Assembly: GCA_963695095.1 (NCBI GenBank)
Contig: CAVOFT010000001.1
Span: 416,001 to 480,000, forward strand
Direction: 5' to 3'
From: an uncultured bacterium
GTDB taxonomy: Bacteria > Krumholzibacteriota > Krumholzibacteriia > JACNKJ01
Length of the DNA: 64,000 nt
The notes under the pieces were generated by a model. The model saw nothing but the letters and a program-made list of their open reading frames with translations. It did not search any database and was not told the DNA's origin. The position numbers and the translations under genes are program-made. Position 1 is the stretch's first letter, and the number at the start of each line of letters is the position of its first letter. Positions 48,311 through 57,407 of the stretch are shown one piece after another.

Positions 48311-51175
48311 ATGGCCCGCCGCTCGAGCCGTCCCATCGGCTTCCAGTTTCCCGGCGATCCCCCCGCAGCGCCCGCCACGAGCCGGCGGCCGCTCGAGCTG
48401 CTTGCCGCGGCGCCCGCTTCGGGGCGGCACCTCGCGAAAGAAGGCGATGCCTGTCCCACCTGCGGACGCGAGCTGACACCTGCCGAGCGCCTCGGTCCCT
48501 GGCGACGCACGCACGCCTTCGCGGGCGAGGAGGCGCGGCCCGCGCCCATGGGTCCGCACGCGCCCATGCCCGAGGCCGACCACGCGAGCAGCCGTGCGCT
48601 GCGCCGCGCCGGGCAGCGGAGCGCCGCGGTGGCGTCCGCCCCCGCGGCGGCCCCCGAGCCGGCGCCGCGCCCGACCCGCCCCCGGGGGCGGGTGGCCGCG
48701 GAGTCGCCCCCGGGGGCGACTTCCCGGGCGGCCGGCCGCGCGGCGGCCGCAGCGCCCACCCTCGAACTCGACTCCTGGCAGGGAGCGTCTCACCCCGCCG
48801 GTGCCCGGGCGCGCTCACCCCGCCCGGCGCCGGCGGGGGACTTGGCGGCCATCGTTGCGGCGCTGGCCGCCGAGCCGGGGCGCGAGCGCTGCCTCGTCCA
48901 TACCGAGCGGCTGCCGGCGCGCGAGGCGCGCTTCGCCGACCCCGCGGCGCCACTGCCCGAGAGCCTGCGCGCCGCGCTCGCCGCCGACGGCATCGGCCGG
49001 CTCTGGCTGCACCAGGCCCGCGCCCTGGACGCCGCCCGCCGGGGCGACAACGTGGTGGTGGTCACCGGCACGGCCAGCGGCAAGACGCTCTGCTACAACC
49101 TGCCCGTCTTCGAGGCGCTGCTCGCCGACCCGCAGGCCACGGCGCTCTACCTGTTCCCGACCAAGGCCCTCGCGCAGGACCAGCTCAAGACCGCGCAACG
49201 ATTGGCCGAGAGCCTGCCCGAGTTGGGGCGTCTTCGCCTCGGTACCTACGACGGCGACACCAGCACGCACACGCGGCGGCGCCTGCGCGCCGAGGGGCGA
49301 CTGGTCCTTTCAAACCCCGACATGTTCCACGGTGGCATCCTGCCCGGCCACACGCGCTGGGCTCGCTTCTTCATGAACCTGCGCTTCGTCGTGCTCGACG
49401 AGATACACAGCTACCGGGGGATTTTTGGCTCCAACGTGGCGGCGCTGATGCGGCGGCTCAGGCGCATCTGCCGGCACTATGGATCGAACCCCATCTTCAT
49501 TGCCTCGAGCGCGACCATCGGCAATCCGCGCGAGCTGGCCGAAGAGCTGCTCGGCGCGCCGGCCACCCTGGTCGCCGAGGACGGCAGCCCGCGCGGGCCC
49601 AAGCAGTTCATCTTCTGGAATCCCCCGCTGCTCGAAGCGGCGGCGCCGGGCGGCGGCGAGCGGCGCAGCGCCAACGGCGAAGCGCGAGAGCTGCTCGTGC
49701 GCCTCGTCAAGCGCGGCCATCAGGTGATCTGCTTCAGCCGCACGCGGGTTTCGAGTGAACTCATCTACCGCTACTGCCGCGACGCCCTGCTGCGCGAGGC
49801 CCCGCACCTGGCCGCGCGCATCCGCGCCTACCGCGGCGGCTACCTGCCCGAGGAGCGCCGCGAGATCGAGCGGCAGCTCTTCAGCGGCGAGCTGATGGCC
49901 GTCTCGAGCACGAACGCGCTGGAGCTGGGCATCGACATCGGCAGTCTCGATGCGGCGATTCTGGTGGGCCTGCCGCCCACCGTGGCCAGCACCTGGCAAC
50001 AAGCGGGTCGTGCGGGGAGGGGGGAAAATGAGAGCTGCGCCATCCTGGTCGGCCACAACGACCCCATTGACCAGTACCTGATGCGCCACCCGGAGTTCTT
50101 CTTCCGGCAGAACCCGGAGCAGGCCGTGGCCGACCACGGCAACCCCTTCATCCTGCTGCCGCACCTGCGCTGCGCGGCCTACGAGCTGCCGCTGACCCCC
50201 GCGGACGAGGATCTCTTCGGCCCGCTGGCGCCGGGCGTGATCGAGATCCTCGAGCAGCGGGGCGAGCTGCGCCGCGCGGGCGAGCAGGTCTTCCACGCGG
50301 GGACGAGCTATCCGGCCGCCGAGGTGAACCTGCGCCAGAGCGTGCTCGACACGGTGAGCATCGTGCAGGTGCCCGGCGACAGGGTGATCGGCAACGTCGA
50401 CCTGCTCGGCGCCTGCCAGCTCGTCTACCCGGAAGCCATCTACCTGCACGACGGCGAGACGCACTTCGTGCGCGAGCTGGACCTGGACCAGAAGGTGGCC
50501 TACGTCGAGGCGCGGGCGGTGGACTACTACACGCAGCCCATCAGCGAGCAGCGCGTGAAGCTGGACGCGGGGCTGGACCGGGTGGCCCTCAGGCCCGCGG
50601 GCGCACAAGTGGACACGTGTACACTCGGCTTCGGCGACGTCACCGTGAGCAAGACCACCTTCGCCTTCAAGAAGATCAAGTTCGGCAGCATGGACTCGAT
50701 CGGCTGGGGCAAGCTGGACCTGCCCTGGCATCACCTGCGCACGCGGGCCTTCTGGATCGCGCCCACCGAGGACACGGTGCTCGCGCTCACGGCGCAGAAC
50801 CACAAGCTGGCCGAGGCGCTGGCCGGCCTCAAGAATCTGGTGCAGGCGGCGCTGCCCTTCTTCGCCATGTGCGATCGCGCGGACCTGGGCGGCGTGGTGG
50901 ACGCGAGCAACCTGGGCACGACGGCGCTCTTCGTCTACGATCGCTTTCACGGCGGCCTCGGTTACAGCCGCGTCGGCTTCGACGAACTCGAGCGCCTGCT
51001 CACCGCCTGCCTGGATATCCTCGCCGGCTGTCCCTGCGCCGACGGCTGCCCGGCCTGCGTGGGGCTGCCGGCAGTGACGCCTGGCCGCCACGAGGACCCG
51101 GACCTGAGCCCGGACTTCGCGATTCCCGGCAAGCAGGCCGCGCAGGCCCTGCTCGAGCTGCTGCTGGGGCGGTGA
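48311..51175 (+). CDS. MrfA/YprA-like SF2 helicase with DUF1998 zinc domain
   Basis: HQ, TGTASGKTL, PTKALAQDQ, YDGDT, LDEIH.YRG.FGS, SATI.NP, YRGGY, ALELGIDIG, QQAGRAGR, YD..GG.G, CPC..GCP.C. Confidence 0.93.
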   Translation: MARRSSRPIGFQFPGDPPAAPATSRRPLELLAAAPASGRHLAKEGDACPTCGRELTPAERLGPWRRTHAFAGEEARPAPMGPHAPMPEADHASSRALRRAGQRSAAVASAPAAAPEPAPRPTRPRGRVAAESPPGATSRAAGRAAAAAPTLELDSWQGASHPAGARARSPRPAPAGDLAAIVAALAAEPGRERCLVHTERLPAREARFADPAAPLPESLRAALAADGIGRLWLHQARALDAARRGDNVVVVTGTASGKTLCYNLPVFEALLADPQATALYLFPTKALAQDQLKTAQRLAESLPELGRLRLGTYDGDTSTHTRRRLRAEGRLVLSNPDMFHGGILPGHTRWARFFMNLRFVVLDEIHSYRGIFGSNVAALMRRLRRICRHYGSNPIFIASSATIGNPRELAEELLGAPATLVAEDGSPRGPKQFIFWNPPLLEAAAPGGGERRSANGEARELLVRLVKRGHQVICFSRTRVSSELIYRYCRDALLREAPHLAARIRAYRGGYLPEERREIERQLFSGELMAVSSTNALELGIDIGSLDAAILVGLPPTVASTWQQAGRAGRGENESCAILVGHNDPIDQYLMRHPEFFFRQNPEQAVADHGNPFILLPHLRCAAYELPLTPADEDLFGPLAPGVIEILEQRGELRRAGEQVFHAGTSYPAAEVNLRQSVLDTVSIVQVPGDRVIGNVDLLGACQLVYPEAIYLHDGETHFVRELDLDQKVAYVEARAVDYYTQPISEQRVKLDAGLDRVALRPAGAQVDTCTLGFGDVTVSKTTFAFKKIKFGSMDSIGWGKLDLPWHHLRTRAFWIAPTEDTVLALTAQNHKLAEALAGLKNLVQAALPFFAMCDRADLGGVVDASNLGTTALFVYDRFHGGLGYSRVGFDELERLLTACLDILAGCPCADGCPACVGLPAVTPGRHEDPDLSPDFAIPGKQAAQALLELLLGR
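50610..50627. repeat. One-mismatch copy of the palindrome (TGGACACGTGTACA-CTCG) inside the helicase CDS
   Basis: 15-nt exact match ACACGTGTACACTCG with 51180-51194. Confidence 0.8.
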
Positions 51176-51193
51176 TTGTACACGTGTACACTC
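51176..51193. repeat. Palindrome TGTACACGTGTACA copy directly after the helicase stop
   Basis: TTGTACACGTGTACACTC is the reverse complement of GAGTGTACACGTGTACAA at 15719-15736. Confidence 0.92.
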
Positions 51194-51313
51194 GCGGGCA
51201 AGCAGAAGCCCGACGCGGCTGCGCGCCGGGCTCCTTGTTCCCTCTTGCGCAAGCGAGCTTGCCTCCTGGCCGCGCGCGTTGTTTCGCGCGCGGGAGGGGG
51301 CAAGTGAGCGCAT

Positions 51314-52792
51314 CTAGTCCAGAAGTACGAGCTTGCCCGACGCGCTCCCGCGCCCATCCCGCCACTGCAGGAAGTAGACGCCCGCCGCGGCTTGCTCGCC
51401 CTTGCCCGTGCGGCCGTCCCAGTGGGCGATAACTTCATTGCCCGCCACGCGCGCCTCGAGCAGGCGCACGGTACGGCCCTGGGCGTCGAAGACGAGCAGG
51501 TGGCCGCCCTCGGCGCCCGCTGCGCGGCTCGCGCGGATCGTGGCCTGCACGCCGCGGGCCAGCGGACTGGGGTAGACCTCCAGGCACTCGCCGCCCATGA
51601 GTTCGGCCTCGACCACATCCGTGGGCACGAAGCCGTGAGGGCCGGCGCCCATGGGCGTCATGCCGTGGCAGACCGTGCAGTCGCTGAGAATGCCCGCGTG
51701 GCCCTGCAGGGCGATGGCGTTCGCGTTGTCGCGCGGCTCGCGGCTCGGCCACTCCGCGTGCGTGCTGTTGTGGCAGGCCTCGCACATCACGCCGCCGTGG
51801 CCCGTGGCCTCGCGGTAGAGCACGCCCACCGGCTCGCCGTACTGGGCGGTGTGGCAGGACCGGCAGGCCGGCTCGTCCAGCCAGGGAATGCGGCCGCTCT
51901 CGATGGAGCTGCTCACCTGCTGCATGTTGCCGTGACAGTCCTGGCAGATCATGCCGTGGTCATTGGCCATGGTCCCGCGCAGGCAGTGCGTGTTCGGCCC
52001 CGGATGGCACTTCTCGCAGCCGGCCATCCCGGGCAGGGTCTGATCGACGAAGCTGTGCTTCTCGTGAATGCGCAGCGAGAACCAGTCGGCGACACCGGGG
52101 TCGGGGCCCGTCAGCGGCGTGGAACCGTGACACGAGGCGCAGAGGATCGGCGCGTCCGCCAGGGAGAAGCCGCCCTCCCCGGGCCCGGGATGCTCGTTGA
52201 GGATATTGCTCACCGAGCTGTGGCAGCCGCTGCTGACGCAGTTGACCTCGATGGAGACGGGGATCACCGGCTGGCTGCGGTGCAGCTCAACACCCTGCGG
52301 ATCGCGCAGGATCACCAGGGCCTGCTGATAGGCATCCTCGACGGCGGGGTTGGCGTCGGTGAAGGGCGTGACGGGAATGCCGTCGGCGATCCAGTAGGGG
52401 CTGCCGGCGGCGAACTCGCCGGTGAGTCCGTGGCCCGTCAGGCCGATGTTGTCCGGCAGGGTGACGCCGAAGAGGTGATTCGCATAGGTCCAGAAGTCGG
52501 TCTTGCCCACGGAGTAGGTGTTGCCCGGGATCGAGTACTCGAGACTGACACCGCCGGTCAGCAGCTCGGGCGGCGTGTTGTTGTTGCCGCGCCGGATGAC
52601 CTGGGCGAGCAGGTTGTTGTAGGGCGGTAGGATCGAGAGCTGGTTGTGATACTGGTTCATGCAGTGCATGCCCAGGTCGTTCCAGCTGAGGACGATGGTG
52701 TCGCCCAGGGGCTCCTGGGCGGCTGCCGGCCCGAGCAGGACCGCGGCGGCGAAGACTGCGAGCGGGGCGAGGAGCAGGTGGCGTCTGCGCAT
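51314..52792 (-). CDS. Secreted multiheme cytochrome c (WNDLGMHC family) with C-terminal FlgD-Ig/T9SS-like domain
   Basis: Signal peptide; WNDLGMHC; 6 CXXCH plus one CX4CH (CVSSGCH); YPSP...VFD.QGR.VR.L...WDGR...G...AAGVYF...KLVLL. Confidence 0.88.
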   Translation of the reverse strand: MRRRHLLLAPLAVFAAAVLLGPAAAQEPLGDTIVLSWNDLGMHCMNQYHNQLSILPPYNNLLAQVIRRGNNNTPPELLTGGVSLEYSIPGNTYSVGKTDFWTYANHLFGVTLPDNIGLTGHGLTGEFAAGSPYWIADGIPVTPFTDANPAVEDAYQQALVILRDPQGVELHRSQPVIPVSIEVNCVSSGCHSSVSNILNEHPGPGEGGFSLADAPILCASCHGSTPLTGPDPGVADWFSLRIHEKHSFVDQTLPGMAGCEKCHPGPNTHCLRGTMANDHGMICQDCHGNMQQVSSSIESGRIPWLDEPACRSCHTAQYGEPVGVLYREATGHGGVMCEACHNSTHAEWPSREPRDNANAIALQGHAGILSDCTVCHGMTPMGAGPHGFVPTDVVEAELMGGECLEVYPSPLARGVQATIRASRAAGAEGGHLLVFDAQGRTVRLLEARVAGNEVIAHWDGRTGKGEQAAAGVYFLQWRDGRGSASGKLVLLD

Positions 52793-52963
52793 GGTGACCT
52801 CCCGAGGGGTGGCATGACCTTTCGATGACATGCGCAGTATGCGGAGGAAATCAGACTCACTTCAAAGCTTTTCATATATCGGAATCCGATAACCTCTTGG
52901 TCGTCTCTCTGATTCTCGTCGGGCAGCTCGCGTACTATGCTGCCCGGTGCCAGGAGGTGAGCC

Positions 52964-53599
52964 ATGCCCATCGTCACGCTGTCGCGGGAGTACGGGGCCG
53001 GCGGCCTTGCCATCGGCCGCCGCGTTGCCGAGCTGCTCGGCGCCGAGTTCCTGGACTCGGCCCTGATCGAGGAAGTGGCGCGCCGGCTCGGCCTGCCCGC
53101 CGAGGCAGTGAAGCGCTGGGACGAGCGGCGCGAGGGCGTCATCCTGCGCCTGCTGCGCGCGCTCGAGACCGCGCACCCGGAGTACGCCGTCGGCGGCGAA
53201 CTCACGCTCGAGGCCCGGCAGGAGTCGCCCAACCCCGAACGCATCAGCAGGCTCTTCCAGGAGGTCATCCTGGAGGCGGCTCGCTCGGAGAGCGCCGTCA
53301 TCGTGGGCCGGGGGGCGGCCCTGGTGCTCGCCGACTGGCCGGGCGCCCTCCACGTCCGGCTGGTGGCGCCGCGGACTGCCCGCCTCGCCCGCATCATGGC
53401 GCGCAGTGAACTGGCCCCGGCCGAGGCCGAGCGCCGCCTCGATGCCTACGACAAGGAACGCGCGGATTATCTCCACCACGAGTTCGGGGTGGACTGGAGC
53501 GACCCGCTGCACTTCGCCCTCGTGGTGAACACGGCGGTGCTCGGCGACGAGCGCAGCGCCCGCCTCATCGCGCAGGCGGCGACGGGTGGGCCGGCGTGA
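52964..53599 (+). CDS. Cytidylate kinase-like family protein
   Basis: VTLSREYGAGG..IG, VIVGRG, HVRL.AP...R, D.ER..Y, DP..F.L.VNT. Confidence 0.9.
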   Translation: MPIVTLSREYGAGGLAIGRRVAELLGAEFLDSALIEEVARRLGLPAEAVKRWDERREGVILRLLRALETAHPEYAVGGELTLEARQESPNPERISRLFQEVILEAARSESAVIVGRGAALVLADWPGALHVRLVAPRTARLARIMARSELAPAEAERRLDAYDKERADYLHHEFGVDWSDPLHFALVVNTAVLGDERSARLIAQAATGGPA

Positions 53600-54882
53600 G
53601 CGCAGCGGATCCCAACGCGAGGCCGGCTGCCGACCCCCTGCCGCGCCGCGCCCCGCCCCGTCGCCTCGAGGAGGGCTTCGCCGCCTTCCGCGTGCGCAAC
53701 TTCCGCCTCTTCTGGTCCGGGCAGCTCGCCAGCCTCACCGGCACCTGGATGCAAACGGTCGCCCAGTCCTGGCTCGTCCTCGAGCTCACGGACTCGCCGC
53801 TGGCGGTGGGCCTCGTCTGGACCTTCCAGTTCACGCCGGTCACGGTGCTGGGCATGCTCGGCGGCGTCGTCGCCGACCGGCGCAACAAGCGCCGGCTGCT
53901 GCTGCTCACCCAGTCGGCGGCAGCCCTGCAGGCGCTGATCCTGGGCCTGCTCACCCTCAGCGGGCAGATCCAGTACTACCATGTGCTCGCGCTCGCCACC
54001 CTGCTCGGCTTCATCAATGCCTTCGACATCCCCACGCGGCAGTCCTTCGTGGTCGAGCTGGTGGGCCGCGACACCCTGATGAACGCGATCGCCCTCAACA
54101 GCTCGGCCTTCAACACCGCGCGCATCATCGGCCCGGCCATCGGCGGCGTCCTCATCGCGCGCTTCGGCGTGGGCACCGTCTTCCTGATCAACGCGGCCAG
54201 CTACCTGGCCGTGCTCGCGGGGCTCCTGCTCCTGCGCGAGGCGGAGTTCACCGCCCAGCCAGCGCGCGGGCACGAAGGCGTCTGGGCGAGCCTCAAGACG
54301 GGCCTGCGCTACGTGCGCGGCTCGGCGCCCGTGACCCTGGCCATCTTCCTCGTCGGCGCCGTGGCCACCTTCGGCATGAACTTCAGCGTGCTGCTGCCGG
54401 TGATGGCCCGCGACGTCTTCGCGATCGGCTCCCAGGGTTTCGGCGCCCTCATGGCCGCGCTCGGACTGGGCTCGGTCGGCGCCGGGCTCTTCCTCGCCTT
54501 CCGCAGCCGGGTCGACACCCTGCGCACCATGTTCGCCGGCGCCATCGGGCTGGCCGTCATGGACATCGCCTTCGCGCTCTCGCCGCGCGTCGGCTGGCTG
54601 CCGCTTTCCTTCGCGCTGCTATTCGGCGCCGGCTTCGCCGCCATCTCCCTGTCCGCGACCGCGAACACCGCCATCCAGCAGCGCGTCCCGGATGAGCTGC
54701 GCGGCCGGGTGATGAGCGTCTACATCACGGTCTTCGCGGGCTCGGTGCCCCTGGGCGGGCTCTTCGCCGGCGCGCTGGCCCGCTGGCTGGGAGCGCCCTT
54801 CGCTCTCGCCGCGGGCGGGGTCCTCTCGGGGCTGGCGGTGCTCTTTGCGCTTCTGCGCCTGCGCCCGGCCGCGCGGGCCTGA
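53596..54882 (+). CDS. MFS transporter (DUF894/H+ antiporter-like)
   Basis: RNFRLFW.GQ..S..GTWMQ.VAQ.WLV, GGVVADR, P.RQSF, NAIALNS, LRGRVMS. Confidence 0.92.
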   Translation: MSAADPNARPAADPLPRRAPPRRLEEGFAAFRVRNFRLFWSGQLASLTGTWMQTVAQSWLVLELTDSPLAVGLVWTFQFTPVTVLGMLGGVVADRRNKRRLLLLTQSAAALQALILGLLTLSGQIQYYHVLALATLLGFINAFDIPTRQSFVVELVGRDTLMNAIALNSSAFNTARIIGPAIGGVLIARFGVGTVFLINAASYLAVLAGLLLLREAEFTAQPARGHEGVWASLKTGLRYVRGSAPVTLAIFLVGAVATFGMNFSVLLPVMARDVFAIGSQGFGALMAALGLGSVGAGLFLAFRSRVDTLRTMFAGAIGLAVMDIAFALSPRVGWLPLSFALLFGAGFAAISLSATANTAIQQRVPDELRGRVMSVYITVFAGSVPLGGLFAGALARWLGAPFALAAGGVLSGLAVLFALLRLRPAARA

Positions 54883-54905
54883 CCCGACCGGGGCGCCCCG
54901 CCGAC

Positions 54906-54934
54906 TTGTATCCTATACAAATGTAGAGTATTCT
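54906..54934 (+). promoter_or_regulatory. Sigma70 promoter TTGTAT-N17-TATTCT with 16-bp palindromic operator candidate in the spacer
   Basis: Spacer contains CTATACAAATGTAGAG (54913-54928). Confidence 0.8.
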
Positions 54935-54965
54935 TCCCGGCACCCTTCACCGCCGGATCGGCTCC

Positions 54966-55964
54966 ATGACCCAGCGTGACGACGAGACCCTGCGCGAGGT
55001 GCTCGAGGCGCTCACCCGTCTGCGCCTGAGCCACGACCGCCTGCGGGCGGGCCGCGACGGCGAGGCGGAGCGCCGCCCTCTCGCTGCTCCCGCCGAGGCG
55101 GGGGCCGCAGCGGACGCCCTCGGCGTCGACTTCGGCGACCTGCCCTGGATCGACGAGGCCGGCGCCGAGCCCACGCTCGAGGCCCTGGTGGGGGCCGCCA
55201 TCGGCCGCCACGCCGACGCCCAGGGCAGCGTCGGCGAGTACCTGCGCCGCGAGATCGACGTCGAGACGCGCCTGCCCCACCTCGGCGGGCTCGGCGAGGC
55301 CCTGCGCGAGGCGCTGCCCGAGGCCGCGGGCCTGGCCGGCCTCGCGCAGGACGCCGACCTGCTCGCCGAGGCTCGCGCCGAGGACCTGCTCTTCCTCGAC
55401 CTGGAGACCACGGGCCTGCACCGGGGCATCATCGTCCTGCTCGGCTTCATGCGCCTGGGTCCGGGAGAGAAGCCGCTCACCTGCACGCAGCTCTTTCCCC
55501 GCGGCTACGCGGAGGAGGCGCCGCTGCTGGGCGAGTTCATCGCGCAGCTGCGCCAGCACCCGCTGCTCGTCACGTTCAATGGGCGCAGCTTCGATGCGCC
55601 CTTCCTCGAAAGCCGGCTGCGCTTCCACGGCTGGTTCGAGCCGCTCAGCTACGCCCACGTGGACCTGCTCCACCTCGCGCGCCGGCTCTGGCGCGGGCGC
55701 CTGCCCGACTATCGCCTGCAGACCCTGGAGCGCCGCCTCTGCGGTCGGCGGCGTCTGGCCGATCTGCCCGGCAGCGAAGTGCCGCGCGTCTGGGAGGATT
55801 TCGAGAAGAGCGGCGAACTGCGCCACCTGCCCGGCATCTGGGAGCACAACCTGCGGGACATCGCCACCTTGGCCGAAATCCTGGTGCGCGCCACGCGCGA
55901 GCAGCCGCTCGCGCTGGGCGAGGGTCTCGATGACGAGATCCCGCCCGACACGGCGGCACTCTGA
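54966..55964 (+). CDS. MrfB/YprB-like RNase H-fold (DnaQ-like) exonuclease
   Basis: FLDLETTGL, VTFNGRSFD.PFL, H.DLLH.ARRLW, L..LE, D.PG..VP, HN..DI. Confidence 0.88.
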   Translation: MTQRDDETLREVLEALTRLRLSHDRLRAGRDGEAERRPLAAPAEAGAAADALGVDFGDLPWIDEAGAEPTLEALVGAAIGRHADAQGSVGEYLRREIDVETRLPHLGGLGEALREALPEAAGLAGLAQDADLLAEARAEDLLFLDLETTGLHRGIIVLLGFMRLGPGEKPLTCTQLFPRGYAEEAPLLGEFIAQLRQHPLLVTFNGRSFDAPFLESRLRFHGWFEPLSYAHVDLLHLARRLWRGRLPDYRLQTLERRLCGRRRLADLPGSEVPRVWEDFEKSGELRHLPGIWEHNLRDIATLAEILVRATREQPLALGEGLDDEIPPDTAAL

Positions 55965-56044
55965 TGCGAAGGCGCTTGGCAAAGCCGCGCTGCTGGTGCA
56001 GTCTGGCCGAGAAGACAGTTTCGACCGCAGCGCGGAGGTGGACC

Positions 56045-57304
56045 GTGAAGCAGAGCCTTGCCCTCGTCGTTCTGATCGCCGGCCTGCTGGCGCCGCGTCC
56101 GGCGGCTGCGGTCGACGCGGGCGCCACCTACCGTTTTCTCGAGGAGCTCTACAATCACTTCGACAAGCCCCTGCAGCCCTACCTGATCAGCGAGCTGGAG
56201 CAGTACCTCGCCGTCTATCCCGCCAGCGAGCGGGCGGACCGGGCGCTCTACCTGCTCGGCCGCACCTATGACGCCGCGGGCGACGGCCACCAGGCGCTGG
56301 CCGTCTACGCCAAGCTGCTCTACTTCTACCCGGGCAGCGACGAGCGAGGCGCCGCCTTCGAGGCCCTGCGCTCGCTCCTGGGCAGCCTCAAAGCCTACCA
56401 GGAACAGCGCCCGCGGCTGGAACGCATGCTCGGCGAGGCCGGCCATGCCGGCAGCCGCGCGGACCGCCACTACGCCTATCTCGATTTCCTGAGCAAGCTG
56501 GCTGCGGCGCACCTGCACGATCGCCTGCTGGAGGAGTGCACGGAGTTCAAGCGCGCCTACCCGCTGGACGCCCGCCAGCCCCACCTCGACCTGTGGATCG
56601 CCGTCTCCTGGGCCAACAAGGGCGCCAGCCTCGAGTCCGCGCAGGCCTTTCGCAAGTTCGAGGCGCTCTACCCGAACGATCCCTCGCTCGCCTATGCGCG
56701 CTACACGCGAGCCGAGCTGCTGAGCCGCGAGCTGGGCGGCTACCAGCAGGCCATCACGCTCCTCAAGGCCCTGGCCGCCAGCTTCCCCGAGAGCAGATAT
56801 GCACCGCGCGCCCTCTTCCTGCTCGCCGAGACCCAGGCGCGCCTGAAGGACTATCGGCAGGCCGTGGCCGATTACCGGCGCGTCCTCGACGAGTACCCCA
56901 CCGACGAGCAGGGGCCGGCGGCGCTGCTCGCCGCGGCCGAGATCGAAGAGCGGCAGCTCAAGGACATCCCCGCGGCCGTGGCCACCTTGAAGGAACTGCC
57001 CATCCGCTACCCCGCGGCCGATGGCTGCGATGCCCTGGAGCGCGCCGGCGATCTGCAGGCGCAGCGGCTGGGGGACTACCGCGGCGCTGCGGCCACCTAC
57101 GCAAGCGCGGCGGAGTTCTACCCCCAGTCCGATTGCGCGGCCGAGCTGCTGCTCGAGGCGGGCAAGCTGCACGAGGACAAGACCGGCGATCTCGGCGCCG
57201 CCCTCGGCTACTACCGCCAGGCCCTGGAGAGATACCCCGGCCACCGCAAGGCGGGCGAGCTGTCGCGCCGCGCGCAGCGACTGCGCGAGCGCCTCGGCGG
57301 TTGA
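56045..57304 (+). CDS. Exported tetratricopeptide repeat protein
   Basis: GGAGGT RBS and GTG, signal peptide, repeated YP.S..A..AL units. Confidence 0.85.
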   Translation: MKQSLALVVLIAGLLAPRPAAAVDAGATYRFLEELYNHFDKPLQPYLISELEQYLAVYPASERADRALYLLGRTYDAAGDGHQALAVYAKLLYFYPGSDERGAAFEALRSLLGSLKAYQEQRPRLERMLGEAGHAGSRADRHYAYLDFLSKLAAAHLHDRLLEECTEFKRAYPLDARQPHLDLWIAVSWANKGASLESAQAFRKFEALYPNDPSLAYARYTRAELLSRELGGYQQAITLLKALAASFPESRYAPRALFLLAETQARLKDYRQAVADYRRVLDEYPTDEQGPAALLAAAEIEERQLKDIPAAVATLKELPIRYPAADGCDALERAGDLQAQRLGDYRGAAATYASAAEFYPQSDCAAELLLEAGKLHEDKTGDLGAALGYYRQALERYPGHRKAGELSRRAQRLRERLGG

Positions 57305-57407
57305 AGCGCCGCCCGCCTGTCCGCGCGCATCCGGCTTGGGCTTGAGGCTGCGCTCGGCCCTGTGCTTTACTGGCCAGCCAACCTTGCACCACTGAGGATT
57401 GCCAGCG

